The position numbers were made by a program, and so were the translations under genes. The notes under the pieces were generated by a model. It was not told the origin of the DNA. It searched no databases and worked only from the letters and a program-made list of their open reading frames with translations. Positions 43,248 through 52,972 of a DNA stretch of 64,000 nucleotides are shown here, in pieces; positions within the stretch are counted from its first letter, which is position 1; each line of letters begins with the position of its first letter. The DNA comes from Bacteroidaceae bacterium (lineage in GTDB: Bacteria > Bacteroidota > Bacteroidia > Bacteroidales > Bacteroidaceae), in contig JAGBYI010000058.1 of assembly GCA_017628845.1 (NCBI GenBank), forward strand, positions 769 to 64,768, given 5' to 3'.

Positions 43248-45992
43248 TCAAATTCTGCCACCTCTTTCAATCATCATCCTCACCTTGTCGTTGAAGGCAT
43301 CGGCCTGCATCAGTTGCTCTATGGTAAGATGCATACGATAGCGCCAATAGTGACGGGGATTGGCAGGGATGTTTATGCGTTCCTGCTCTATGTTGTCCGA
43401 ACGAAGGGACTCGTCCATGGACAGCCAGTCCTGCAATGATATCAGGCACAGCATGGACGGCGAGAACAGGTGGCGTGCCACAACCTCCTCGCAAAGCCAT
43501 CCGGGCATGACCTCGGGGGCACGGCCGTCCTTCTGGAGCATCTCGTTGTAGTATTGCTGACGGCGCTCTGCATCCTCCTGCCACCAAAGGCGCAAGGTGG
43601 GCATATCGTGGGTGAAGATGGTTACGACGGACATGTAGGGGTTATTCTCCAATCGTCCGAAGCGCAGGCCGAAGTCCTTGGGCATGGCCTGGATTTCCAA
43701 AGAAAGGATGCGTAGCCTGCTCATGACCGGAGCCACACAGGCAGGAACCATACCCAGGTCCTCAGCACAGCACAGCATGGAAGTGGCCTCCACCAGGGCA
43801 GGGAGTTTCTTCATCGCCTCCTCGCCCCAGAAAGCATTGTGACGATAGTAGTAGAAATCATCGTAGATGCGGTTGAATACTTCGCGTTCGGCCGAAGAAA
43901 GGGACTCGTAGATATATGTCTTTTGTGCGGAGATGCGAGGGACAAAGCCATCGCCAAGGGGAATGAACAATACATTCTGCACCAACTTGCACAAAGCCGC
44001 TCTGATGGCCAGCGCATGCGTATCATCATCTATATTGCCAAAATGCTCGTATATCTGCTGTTCTGTGCGGAAACCGCTGCGAAGGCAATACCAGTCGGGT
44101 CCCATGGCCTCAAGGAAACAGGAGCGCACCTCCTCTACATCCGCCTGTGAGGGCAATAGGGTACGCAGGAAACGGTCAGTAATGTATGGAGTGGTGAAGA
44201 AGGACTCACGCCACTGAAGACCGGCATTCTCTATCTCTTCCACACTGAGGGGCAGGCATGGCTCGAAATGACCGAGCAGACCGCTCCTCGCCGATGTGGG
44301 AATCTCCCAGATACGGAAGAAACCCAGTACGTGGTCTATGCGGTAGGCATCAAAGTATTCCGCCATCTTGCGGAAACGGCGTATCCACCATCTGTTGCCA
44401 TCCTGCTGCATACGCTTCCAGTTGTAGGTGGGGAATCCCCAGTTCTGACCGTCGGCGCTGAAATCGTCGGGTGGAGCACCTGCAGAACCCTGCATGTTGA
44501 AGTACTCCGGTTCAGTCCATGCCTCCACGCTGGTGCGGGAAATACCTATAGGAATGTCGCCCTTGAGCAAAACCCCATGGCTGCGGGCATAGGCAGTGGC
44601 ATGCGACAGTTGGGTTGAAAGAAGATACTGGACATAGACATAGAAGCCTGTCTCCAATGCTTTTTCTGTCACATATGCACGAACCTCCTTTTCATCGTAA
44701 ACCGAAAGCATGCTCCATGTAGGGAAATAACTGGTGTTCTCCTCGTCGCGCCGATGGCAGAAAGCACTGTACGACACCAGCCACTCTTCGTTCCTGCGCA
44801 CAAAGTCCTTGCATGAAGACGATGCCAATACGGCTGCTCCCTCCTGTTCATAAAGACGGTGCAGATAACGCATCTTCATGCGGAAAGTGCGTTCATAATC
44901 CATTTGGGGCAGAGAATTCAATTCCTCACACTCCCGACAATAATTCTGCATGAAATCTTCATCCTCGATGGCAGGCAATGAACTCAAATCGACATACAAT
45001 GGATGAAGGGCATAGATGCTGATGGCATTATAGGGATAACAGTCTGTCCACGTGGAAGTCTGCGTGGTATCGTATATGGGCAGCAGCTGTATGACACGCA
45101 TACCCGTCCTGTTGGCCCAATCCACCAACATGCGCAAATCTCCGAAGTCGCCACAGCCCTGGCTTCTGCTGCTACGCAAGGAAAAAACAGGAATGACAAC
45201 ACCGGCAGTCTTCCAGTGCTCATCGGCCATGCGAAGACGACGGTCCCAGATAACCTGCACGCTATTGGGCGAGAGAAGCATGGCGTCTCTGGCAACAACC
45301 GGAGCATAGGCTTCGGAAGCGCCGGTTTCCGGTGCGAAGTTATCCACCTTTGGCGAAACACGGTTCTCGCCCCCCTCCCATGCAATGAGGTCGCCACTAG
45401 CCTCATCTATGACAACGTACTTGTATTCAAAGGGCAACTGCAATCCTGTTGCGCTCAATGCCAGACACCACTCATGCGTTCCGCCACGGCTCATGCGCAT
45501 GGCACGCTCCGGCATCCATTCGCCAAGCTGGGGCAATGAACCAAGAAGGGCCAACTGCTGCCCCTTTACCAACTGGGGGGCCTGTACCCTGAACAGAAGA
45601 GTACGGTCATAATAGGTGATTTCGGGTTCCTGGGCAAGGGTCTGCGCCACGCAATGACTATAGGCCGAGGAATACAAATGGCTTAACAGAGGGATTTCCT
45701 TCCAATAATCCTGCAGAAGGAACGTCTTGTTCTGGTCATAAGGGAACGTCCTCGGCACTCCACACCACTCGCGACGTACGGTTTCGTCGCCGGAAGCAAT
45801 GAAGTATGTGTAACTGAACGACCTGGCCTCTTTCTCGTGGAGGACCAACTCGCCACTCCAGTTCACACCATCCTGTGTATTAAGACGATGCGATTGGACA
45901 AAGTCTGCTCCGCGCCTGCGCTTGACAACAATCTCCACACGGACATCTTGTCCCCAATCCGTACGATACTCTAACTTGAACTGTAGTTTCAT
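43248..45992 (-). CDS. malQ: 4-alpha-glucanotransferase (GH77) with N-terminal starch-binding (CBM20-like) repeats
   Basis: About 914 aa from MKLQFKLEY. Two CBM20-like N-terminal modules, then a GH77 catalytic region (RIDHVLGFFRIWEIP, CAEDLG). Confidence 0.85.
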   Translation of the reverse strand: MKLQFKLEYRTDWGQDVRVEIVVKRRRGADFVQSHRLNTQDGVNWSGELVLHEKEARSFSYTYFIASGDETVRREWCGVPRTFPYDQNKTFLLQDYWKEIPLLSHLYSSAYSHCVAQTLAQEPEITYYDRTLLFRVQAPQLVKGQQLALLGSLPQLGEWMPERAMRMSRGGTHEWCLALSATGLQLPFEYKYVVIDEASGDLIAWEGGENRVSPKVDNFAPETGASEAYAPVVARDAMLLSPNSVQVIWDRRLRMADEHWKTAGVVIPVFSLRSSRSQGCGDFGDLRMLVDWANRTGMRVIQLLPIYDTTQTSTWTDCYPYNAISIYALHPLYVDLSSLPAIEDEDFMQNYCRECEELNSLPQMDYERTFRMKMRYLHRLYEQEGAAVLASSSCKDFVRRNEEWLVSYSAFCHRRDEENTSYFPTWSMLSVYDEKEVRAYVTEKALETGFYVYVQYLLSTQLSHATAYARSHGVLLKGDIPIGISRTSVEAWTEPEYFNMQGSAGAPPDDFSADGQNWGFPTYNWKRMQQDGNRWWIRRFRKMAEYFDAYRIDHVLGFFRIWEIPTSARSGLLGHFEPCLPLSVEEIENAGLQWRESFFTTPYITDRFLRTLLPSQADVEEVRSCFLEAMGPDWYCLRSGFRTEQQIYEHFGNIDDDTHALAIRAALCKLVQNVLFIPLGDGFVPRISAQKTYIYESLSSAEREVFNRIYDDFYYYRHNAFWGEEAMKKLPALVEATSMLCCAEDLGMVPACVAPVMSRLRILSLEIQAMPKDFGLRFGRLENNPYMSVVTIFTHDMPTLRLWWQEDAERRQQYYNEMLQKDGRAPEVMPGWLCEEVVARHLFSPSMLCLISLQDWLSMDESLRSDNIEQERINIPANPRHYWRYRMHLTIEQLMQADAFNDKVRMMIERGGRI

Positions 45993-46124
45993 ATGATGAA
46001 ATAGCAATATGTTTTCTATACAAACCTATCGCAAATATAGTAAAAAAACAAAGACCCTCCAATTATCCGGAGCATTTCTCCGAAAAAAAGCAGGAAAAAG
46101 CAAGCGTATAACGTATTATTTTCG

Positions 46125-46132
46125 TACCTTTG
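46125..46132 (+). promoter_or_regulatory. -7 box TACCTTTG for tRNA-Thr
   Basis: Exact TAnnTTTG, 19 nt upstream of the tRNA 5' end. Confidence 0.5.
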
Positions 46133-46150
46133 CAACAGATAAAAAATAAT

Positions 46151-46223
<73 letters not shown>

Positions 46224-46234
46224 CAGCAAAGACA

Positions 46235-46260
46235 AAGGAGAGTTCCTGGGAACTCTCCTT
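46235..46260 (+). terminator. hairpin terminator after tRNA-Thr
   Basis: 12-bp stem AAGGAGAGTTCC/GGAACTCTCCTT with a 2-nt loop, followed by TATTGTT. Confidence 0.6.
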
Positions 46261-46320
46261 TATTGTTCCTGCCGGAGACGAACCGTCAAACGTTCGGGGA
46301 ACCATCAAGCACCAGAAAAC

Positions 46321-46403
46321 TGACGTCCCGAGGACAGAGGCTTGACGTCCCGAGGACCGAGGCGAGAGTTCCCGGTTCTTTCGGTCCGGTCCTCGGGAGG
46401 ACC
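46321..46403. repeat. REP-like palindromic element (GGTCCTCCCGAGGACC family), copy 2
   Basis: The 54-nt core at 46350-46403 matches 17311-17364 with about 6 mismatches. Preceded by a TGACGTCCCGAGGAC direct duplication. Confidence 0.75.
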
Positions 46404-46484
46404 CCAAAGAGGGCAAAACGGACAATGCCCGCATTACAACGCCAGCAGGATATTCGTTTATACCCACACAACCGAATGTTCTTC

Positions 46485-47270
46485 TCAGTAACGGATACGT
46501 CTGACTATGTGTATGCTGAATTCATACAGAAGCCACATAGGCATGGACACAAGCAAAAGCGTGAATACATCGGCAGTGGGGGTGATGACTGCGCCAATGA
46601 CGAGCAGGGCAACAATGACATGGCGCCGATAGTGGCACATCATCTTGGCATTGATAATGCCCATCCGACCCATTATCCAACATACCACGGGAATTTCAAA
46701 TACAAGTCCCATGGAGAGGCTTATCATAAGGAGGGTATCTATGTAGGACTCTATGGTGACGGTGTTCTCCACAACATCGCTGACCTGATACGTTCCGAGG
46801 AAACGGAACGTGAGGGGAAAGATGAGGAAGTAACTGAGCATCATTCCCAAAAGGAACATGACGTAACCTCCGGTTATGAGCTGTACTGCATAACGCCTTT
46901 CATTACGGTACAGAGCCGGAGATATAAAACGGAACAATAGATATATAATGTATGGCGAGGCCAAAATAAAGCCCACGTAGCATGAGGTCTTGACGTGCAA
47001 AAGAAACTGCTGCGCTAAACCCGTGTTAATAAGCCGTACGCTCATGGGGGACATGCTGCTACCTTCCCCCGCTTCCGTAAAGCGTTCCGTTATCAGTTGC
47101 AATACACGATAGGTAATAAAGCCTGATTGCTGAGGGGCGAGAATGACACCGAACAAAGCATCCTTGAAACAGAAAACCACAATGGCGCACACAGCCACGG
47201 CAATAATCATGCGGATGAGACTGCTGCGCAATTCATCGAGATGCTCCCAAAATGTTTGAGGTTCAGACAC
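46485..47270 (-). CDS. tatC: twin-arginine translocase subunit TatC
   Basis: 261 aa. FWEHLDELRSSLIR N-terminus, six TM helices. Confidence 0.9.
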   Translation of the reverse strand: MSEPQTFWEHLDELRSSLIRMIIAVAVCAIVVFCFKDALFGVILAPQQSGFITYRVLQLITERFTEAGEGSSMSPMSVRLINTGLAQQFLLHVKTSCYVGFILASPYIIYLLFRFISPALYRNERRYAVQLITGGYVMFLLGMMLSYFLIFPLTFRFLGTYQVSDVVENTVTIESYIDTLLMISLSMGLVFEIPVVCWIMGRMGIINAKMMCHYRRHVIVALLVIGAVITPTADVFTLLLVSMPMWLLYEFSIHIVRRIRY

Positions 47271-47323
47271 AGTTATCCGGTTTAAAAGACTACAGGGCCC
47301 TTAAAGTCCTGACTTTAGGGCAG

Positions 47324-47485
47324 TCATTCTTCCTTTTTCTCTTCTTCCTTGCCGTTCATGCCGTCCTTGAAACTACGCACACCCTTGCCAAGACCCTTCA
47401 TGAGTTCCGGAATCTTCTTGCCCCCGAAAAAGAGCAGCACCACAAGGGCTATGATGATAATCTCCTGAAATCCTATTCCAAACAT
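47324..47485 (-). CDS. tatA: twin-arginine translocase subunit TatA/E (53 aa, below the ORF-track cutoff)
   Basis: Hand translation: [53 protein letters not shown]. Canonical FG.KK.PEL..LGK..R.FK signature. Confidence 0.8.
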   Translation of the reverse strand: MFGIGFQEIIIIALVVLLFFGGKKIPELMKGLGKGVRSFKDGMNGKEEEKKEE

Positions 47486-47530
47486 ATTTATATCGTTTTT
47501 GTTTCTTGTTGTTCTCGCATGAATCCCCCC

Positions 47531-48889
47531 TTATAGGGTATCCTGCTTAAGTTTCTCTATGAAAGCATCTATCTTGTGCAATTCCTTGGGGATGTTTATC
47601 CTCTGTGGACAGTGATGATTGCACTGCTTGCAACCGATGCAATGGTCCGCCTGGCGCAACTTGGGAACGCTACGGTCATAGCCCACTAAGAAGGCACGTC
47701 GGGCCTTACGGTAGTTTTCGTCCTGACGGCTTTCAGGCACATTGCCTTCGTTCACACATTTGTTGTAATGAAGAAGTATGGCCGGTATGTCTATTCCGTA
47801 AGGGCATGGCATGCAATACTTGCAATCATTGCAAGGGATGGTGGGATACTGCTCTATGAGTTTGGCGGTATCGAAAAGGAATTGCGTTTCATCCTCAGTT
47901 AACGGCACAAGGGGCGAGAACGAGCGTATGTTGTCCTGCAGATGCTCCATGTATGTCATTCCACTCAATACGGTAAACACATTGGGCTGAGTTCCCAGGA
48001 AACGGAATGCCCATGAGGCGACGCTACGTTCGGGACTACGCTGCTTCAACCTGCCCACAATGTGGTCGGGCAACTTGGACAGACGACCGCCAAGGAGCGG
48101 TTCCATCACCATCACGGGTATGCCGCGCTTGGCACATTCGGTGTAGAGGTATTCGGCACCTATGCCGCTACCCTTGGCAATGTGCCAGTCCACGTAGTTC
48201 ATCTGCAGAAGCACGAAATCCCAATGGTACGTATCGTGCAGAGCAAGGAGTTCGTCGAACACCTCCTTGGAACCATGGAAAGACCATCCGAGATGGCGGA
48301 TACGGCCTGCCTTGCGCTCCTCCTGGAGAAAATCCAACATACCGTTGTCCACATAGCGTTTGCGGAAGTTGTCCATACCGCCGCCACCTAAGGAGTGGAG
48401 CAGATAGTAGTCTATGTAATCTACCTGCAATTCACGGAAAGAGCGGTGGTACATGGCCAAAGAGTTCTCGCGGGAGGAGTCGGAGAAGTTAGATAGTTTT
48501 GTTGAGACATAATATGACTCGCGCGGATGACGTTTAAGGGCTATACCAGTGGCACGCTCCGACTTGCCCTGAACATATACAGGTGACGTATCAAAGAAAT
48601 TAACACCGTGCTCTATTGCATAATCAACCAGACTGTTCACAGCCTCCTGGTCAATGATGTCTCCCTTGCCCTCCGGATTGGGTATGGTAGGCCATCGCAT
48701 GCACCCGTAGCCAAGCAGGGAAACCTTGTCTTCGCCCAGGGCAGGAAAACTCCTATAGGTCATCTTGTCTGCAGGCACCGGACCCAGTTCGCCCATTGTC
48801 CCTGCCTGTTCATGTCCCGCATTACATCCCGCCAAGGCTGCCGTAGCGGAACCTATGCCCAATATCTTGAGAAATTCGCGTCTATCCAT
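47531..48889 (-). CDS. Tat-exported aldo/keto reductase with C-terminal 4Fe-4S domain (probable lipoprotein)
   Basis: 452 aa. MDRREFLKILGIGSATAALAGC combines a twin-arginine motif with a lipobox Cys. AKR core. CNDCKYCMPCP and CIGCKQCNHHCP clusters. Confidence 0.8.
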   Translation of the reverse strand: MDRREFLKILGIGSATAALAGCNAGHEQAGTMGELGPVPADKMTYRSFPALGEDKVSLLGYGCMRWPTIPNPEGKGDIIDQEAVNSLVDYAIEHGVNFFDTSPVYVQGKSERATGIALKRHPRESYYVSTKLSNFSDSSRENSLAMYHRSFRELQVDYIDYYLLHSLGGGGMDNFRKRYVDNGMLDFLQEERKAGRIRHLGWSFHGSKEVFDELLALHDTYHWDFVLLQMNYVDWHIAKGSGIGAEYLYTECAKRGIPVMVMEPLLGGRLSKLPDHIVGRLKQRSPERSVASWAFRFLGTQPNVFTVLSGMTYMEHLQDNIRSFSPLVPLTEDETQFLFDTAKLIEQYPTIPCNDCKYCMPCPYGIDIPAILLHYNKCVNEGNVPESRQDENYRKARRAFLVGYDRSVPKLRQADHCIGCKQCNHHCPQRINIPKELHKIDAFIEKLKQDTL

Positions 48890-48910
48890 AGTGTTCTTTC
48901 CTTAATTCTA

Positions 48911-50407
48911 TTATATTATACGATGGGTGTCGTGGCCTTCCACATAAATGGCACTGAAAGGACGTGCCGGACAAAGGTTCTCGCATGCACCACATCCGAT
49001 ACAGCGTTCTGTATTGACAACAGGTATCTTCAATTTCTTCTTGCCTCCATCCTCCATATCTACCATCTGTATGGCTCCGGTGGGGCAATGACGCTCGCAA
49101 TTGCCACATGCCTTACCGTCGCGCACAGGAATACAGTTCTTCCTGATCCATACAGCATGACCTATCTGCACGGAGGATTTTTCCTCGCGTGTAATGGGAC
49201 GTATGGCACCTGCCGGACAAACGTCGGCACACTTGGTACATTCGGGACGACAATATCCGCGTTCGTATGACATCTCGGGCTGCATCAGTCGCAAAAGGTC
49301 AGAGGAAGGTCTTAGTACACCATTGGGGCAAGCGGAAACACACAGCTGGCACGCCGTACAATGCTGGGCAAAATGACGTGCGCCCAATGCGCCTGAGGGC
49401 AGGATATGCTTCTCGCGCTTGGGGGCAACCTTATCCTCGATGGTTGCCAAACCGCCATCCACCTTCATCTTCTGGGCCTTGAGGGCTGTGGATGCGACAA
49501 AGGCTGCACCACCGGCCAGGAAGGCACGACGTGAATCCGAAACTTTTTCCTGTGCTGGTACATCACATTGGTATGAAGAGGTGCATCTGGAAGACTTGTG
49601 AGCATAGCGTATGGCACCCTTCCTACATTTCTCTATACAATCCATACATGATACGCAACGGCTATAGTCAATTTTGTGAGCGGCAAGGTCTATGCAAGAT
49701 GACTTGCAATTCTTGGCGCAAAGTCCGCACTCTATGCACTTGTCGGTATCTATCACAGGACGAAGCCATGAGAAGCGTGAAAGGAAACCGAGCACAGTTC
49801 CTACGGGACAGATGGTGTTGCAATACGTACGTCCACCACGCCATGCCAGTACGGCAAGAACAAGCAGGGTGACAACAGCCACGCCAAGAGTGAGAGCGCT
49901 TTTCATCCATACCTCGGTTTCATAGAAAAGATAACTGTCTGCACGCTCTGCCAAATATGCCAAGGCATTGTTACCCCATTGCCACAAAGGGGCAAGAAGA
50001 GTACCTGCTATACGGCCATAGGCACTGTATGGAGCAATTAGTTTGGCAAGAACACCACCTCCTAATGCCAAAGAAACTACGAACAACACAAGAACAATGT
50101 ATCTGAGCCACGACTTGGCCGGTGAGTAAGTATAGCGGTTCTTCCTGGCCTTCTTGCCCATCCATGCAAAAATATCCTGCATAACTCCAAGCGGACAAAT
50201 GATGGAACAGTAAACACGTCCAAACACAAGAGTAAGCGCCACAAGCAGCGCCACCACTCCAAAATTCAATGCCAGTACGGCAGGAAGGAACTGCACCTTT
50301 GCCATCCATCCAAACCATAGATGGACAGTACCGGTGAAATCAAGGAACAAGGCCGTAACAAACAGAAAGAATACCGTAGCCAGGCCGATTCTCAGTTTTC
50401 TCAACAT
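48911..50407 (-). CDS. membrane-bound polyferredoxin (NapH/MauN-like 4Fe-4S protein)
   Basis: 498 aa. Several TM helices with CSIICPLG and CNTICPVG motifs. Multiple CxxCxxCxxxCP clusters. Internal SRRAFLAGGAAFVAS motif. Confidence 0.75.
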   Translation of the reverse strand: MLRKLRIGLATVFFLFVTALFLDFTGTVHLWFGWMAKVQFLPAVLALNFGVVALLVALTLVFGRVYCSIICPLGVMQDIFAWMGKKARKNRYTYSPAKSWLRYIVLVLFVVSLALGGGVLAKLIAPYSAYGRIAGTLLAPLWQWGNNALAYLAERADSYLFYETEVWMKSALTLGVAVVTLLVLAVLAWRGGRTYCNTICPVGTVLGFLSRFSWLRPVIDTDKCIECGLCAKNCKSSCIDLAAHKIDYSRCVSCMDCIEKCRKGAIRYAHKSSRCTSSYQCDVPAQEKVSDSRRAFLAGGAAFVASTALKAQKMKVDGGLATIEDKVAPKREKHILPSGALGARHFAQHCTACQLCVSACPNGVLRPSSDLLRLMQPEMSYERGYCRPECTKCADVCPAGAIRPITREEKSSVQIGHAVWIRKNCIPVRDGKACGNCERHCPTGAIQMVDMEDGGKKKLKIPVVNTERCIGCGACENLCPARPFSAIYVEGHDTHRII

Positions 50408-50581
50408 TGCAGTATCGTATTTGAAATTTTAATACCTGTATATCTATTCTCGCCACAGAATACATCATACTGGTCTGTATTTGCTCTTATGGCATAGCGG
50501 AAATGCAATTTCCCCGTGCTAAATTACAAAGAAATGACCAATCGGGCAAAGTTTAAGGCATTTATTTTTGCTTTGCAGGCT

Positions 50582-50764
50582 GTTATTCATATATTTGAGG
50601 TGAACTCGAATATACTTTCACTCGTTGGGAAAAATATTCAAGCAAGCTTGATATCTTTTCACTCGTTTATCAGTATATTTGAGGTAAACTCGAATATACT
50701 TTCACTCGTTGGTAAAATATTCAAGCAAGCTTGATATCTTTTCACTCGTTTATCCGTATATTTG
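50582..50764. repeat. tandem direct repeat, ~84-bp unit x 2.1, each unit carrying a TATATTTG -7 box
   Basis: TATATTTG at 50590, 50674 and 50757. The units are near-identical (a few mismatches). Confidence 0.85.
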
Positions 50765-50772
50765 CAAACAGA

Positions 50773-51696
50773 ATGGACACACAACTTCACTTTGCCCCCT
50801 TGCAGGGATACACGGATTTTGAGTACCGGAAAATTCATGCCAGACATTGCGGCGGCGTGGACACATACTACACACCATTCATCAGATGGGAGAAGGGGGG
50901 CATACGCGATAAGGACATCAAAGACGTCCTGCCTGAGAACAACGAGGGGGTACACCTCGTACCGCAAATCATCTGTTCTGATACCGATGAGTTCAACCGC
51001 CTGGCGGATGCCGTGCAGGAACTGGGATACGGGGAGATGGACCTGAACATGGGATGCCCTGCACCCATGCAGACGAAACTGATGCGCGGAAGCGGCATAC
51101 TGCCCCACCCTATTCGTGTACAGGCACTGCTCAAGGAGATGGAGCGACGCCCGGAAGTGCACTTCTCCGCCAAAATGCGCCTTGGCCTTGATAGCAAGGA
51201 GGAGTGGAGGGAACTGACCGACATTCTCAATTCCTCCAGCCTAAAACACCTTACCATACATCCACGCATAGGCAAACAGATGTACAAGGGCGAGGTGGAC
51301 ATGGAGGCATTCCTGGAGGTGTACAATGCCATACGCGTACCTATTATATATAATGGAGATGTGACAAGCATGGAGCAAGTTTCTTCTTTGTCCGAAAGGT
51401 TACCCAATCTACTTGGCATAATGATGGGCAGAGGCCTGCTGGCACGCCCTACACTGGCACGGGAATGTATCCAGAAAAAAGAAATGTCCACTGGAGAACG
51501 CACGGAAATTCTTATGCAGATGCACGAGGACATGCTCGACTACTGCACACGCAAGTACAAGGTGGACTCACAGATACTCATGCACATACACGCCTTCTGG
51601 GAGTATCAGGAAAGTCAAATGGAGCGCAAGATCTGGAAAAAGATAATGAAGGCGGGCAACATGAAGAACTATCTGGAAGCAATAAGAAAACTATGA
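50773..51696 (+). CDS. tRNA-dihydrouridine synthase
   Basis: Start at MDTQLHFAPLQGYTD. Dus-family TIM barrel with MDLNMGCP catalytic Cys motif. Confidence 0.85.
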   Translation: MDTQLHFAPLQGYTDFEYRKIHARHCGGVDTYYTPFIRWEKGGIRDKDIKDVLPENNEGVHLVPQIICSDTDEFNRLADAVQELGYGEMDLNMGCPAPMQTKLMRGSGILPHPIRVQALLKEMERRPEVHFSAKMRLGLDSKEEWRELTDILNSSSLKHLTIHPRIGKQMYKGEVDMEAFLEVYNAIRVPIIYNGDVTSMEQVSSLSERLPNLLGIMMGRGLLARPTLARECIQKKEMSTGERTEILMQMHEDMLDYCTRKYKVDSQILMHIHAFWEYQESQMERKIWKKIMKAGNMKNYLEAIRKL

Positions 51697-51746
51697 ATAC
51701 GCCACCAATGGCATGTCGGTATAATCATCTACAAACATACACAAAC

Positions 51747-52256
51747 ATGAAGAAGACCATTTTACTCCTCGTCCTTGCCATATCAGCCATTGGCATGAAC
51801 GCACAGACCCAACTCCCCAAGGTCTACAACGAGAAAATCAACCCCATGACCCAAATAGACCAGGCCGTGGCAAAAGCCGCCAAGGGAAAGAAAAACATCA
51901 TCGTGCAACTGGGTGGCAACTGGTGCCCATGGTGCCTGAGATTTGCCGATTTCATCAGCAAGGACTCACTCATTAGCGCCACCATCAAGGAAAACTACGA
52001 GTACATACACGTGAACATACCCCGCCGCGGCACTCCCGAGGAGAAACTGGCAGAACCCCTACAGAAGCGACTGGGCAATGCCGGCCGCTTCGGATATCCT
52101 GCCCTGGTGGTACTTTCTCCGCAAGGCAAGGTCCTGCACATACAGGACAGCAGCTTCCTGGAATCCGGCAATGGCTATGACCACAAGAAGGTTCTGCGTT
52201 TTCTGAAATGCTGGACACCGGAGGCGACAAAGAGTTATAACAAACCACAAAAATAA
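51747..52256 (+). CDS. secreted thioredoxin-fold protein
   Basis: Signal peptide MKKTILLLVLAISAIGMNAQ. WCPWC active-site motif. Confidence 0.7.
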   Translation: MKKTILLLVLAISAIGMNAQTQLPKVYNEKINPMTQIDQAVAKAAKGKKNIIVQLGGNWCPWCLRFADFISKDSLISATIKENYEYIHVNIPRRGTPEEKLAEPLQKRLGNAGRFGYPALVVLSPQGKVLHIQDSSFLESGNGYDHKKVLRFLKCWTPEATKSYNKPQK

Positions 52257-52270
52257 TCCGAGGAAAGCAT

Positions 52271-52322
52271 ACCTTTATATCATACCCCTGCCCGTAGTCG
52301 GGCAGGGGTATGATATAAAGGT
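52271..52322. terminator. perfect 23-bp-stem hairpin, bidirectional terminator between convergent genes
   Basis: ACCTTTATATCATACCCCTGCCC-GTAGTC-GGGCAGGGGTATGATATAAAGGT. Confidence 0.7.
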
Positions 52323-52347
52323 ACAGTCTTTGTGTCTGTGAACCGCT

Positions 52348-52968
52348 CTACAATCCCAGCGCTTTTGCCAAACCGGCATCTACACCGGAGAAGCCCATGA
52401 AGGCCATAGCAAGGAGGCCTGCGGTGACAAGGGCAATGGCCATTCCCTGCATGCCACGGGGAATGTTCATCAGGGAGAGGTGCTCGCGAATGCCGGCAAA
52501 GATTACCAGAGCAAGAGCAAAACCGAGGGCGGTGGCAATGGCATAGACAACGCCAGTGAGGAGATTGGCCTCAAGTCCCTGAGTGTTATAGGTTCCCTGT
52601 GCAACCAGGATGGCAACACCAAGGATGCAGCAGTTGGTGGTAATCAAAGGCAGGAACACGCCCAATGCCTGATAGAGCGAGGGGGAAACCTTCTTCAGGA
52701 CTATCTCCACCATCTGCACCAGGGCAGCGATAATCAGGATGAAGGCTATTGTCTGCAGGTACTCAAGACCAAAGGCATTAAGTACATAGATCTGCATCAA
52801 ATAGGTGACTATAGTAGCCAGAGTGAGAACAAAGGCTACGGCAGCACCCATGCCCAGGGCAGTCTCTACTTTCTTGCTGACGCCCAGGAAGGGGCATATG
52901 CCAAGGAACTGGCTCAGTACGACATTATTTACGAATATCGCTGTTATAAATATAAGTATGTATGCCAT
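52348..52968 (-). CDS. rnfA: Rnf complex subunit A
   Basis: 206 aa. FVNNVVLSQFLGICPFLGVSKK N-terminus. Position in the rnfBCDGEA order. Confidence 0.9.
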   Translation of the reverse strand: MAYILIFITAIFVNNVVLSQFLGICPFLGVSKKVETALGMGAAVAFVLTLATIVTYLMQIYVLNAFGLEYLQTIAFILIIAALVQMVEIVLKKVSPSLYQALGVFLPLITTNCCILGVAILVAQGTYNTQGLEANLLTGVVYAIATALGFALALVIFAGIREHLSLMNIPRGMQGMAIALVTAGLLAMAFMGFSGVDAGLAKALGL

Positions 52969-52972
52969 GTGA

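Noticed and set aside
50516-50734. 72-aa ORF with an internally repeated peptide (EVNSNILSLVGK... twice)
   Set aside because: The peptide repeat is simply the translation of the 84-bp tandem DNA duplication in a promoter region. There is no independent coding evidence.
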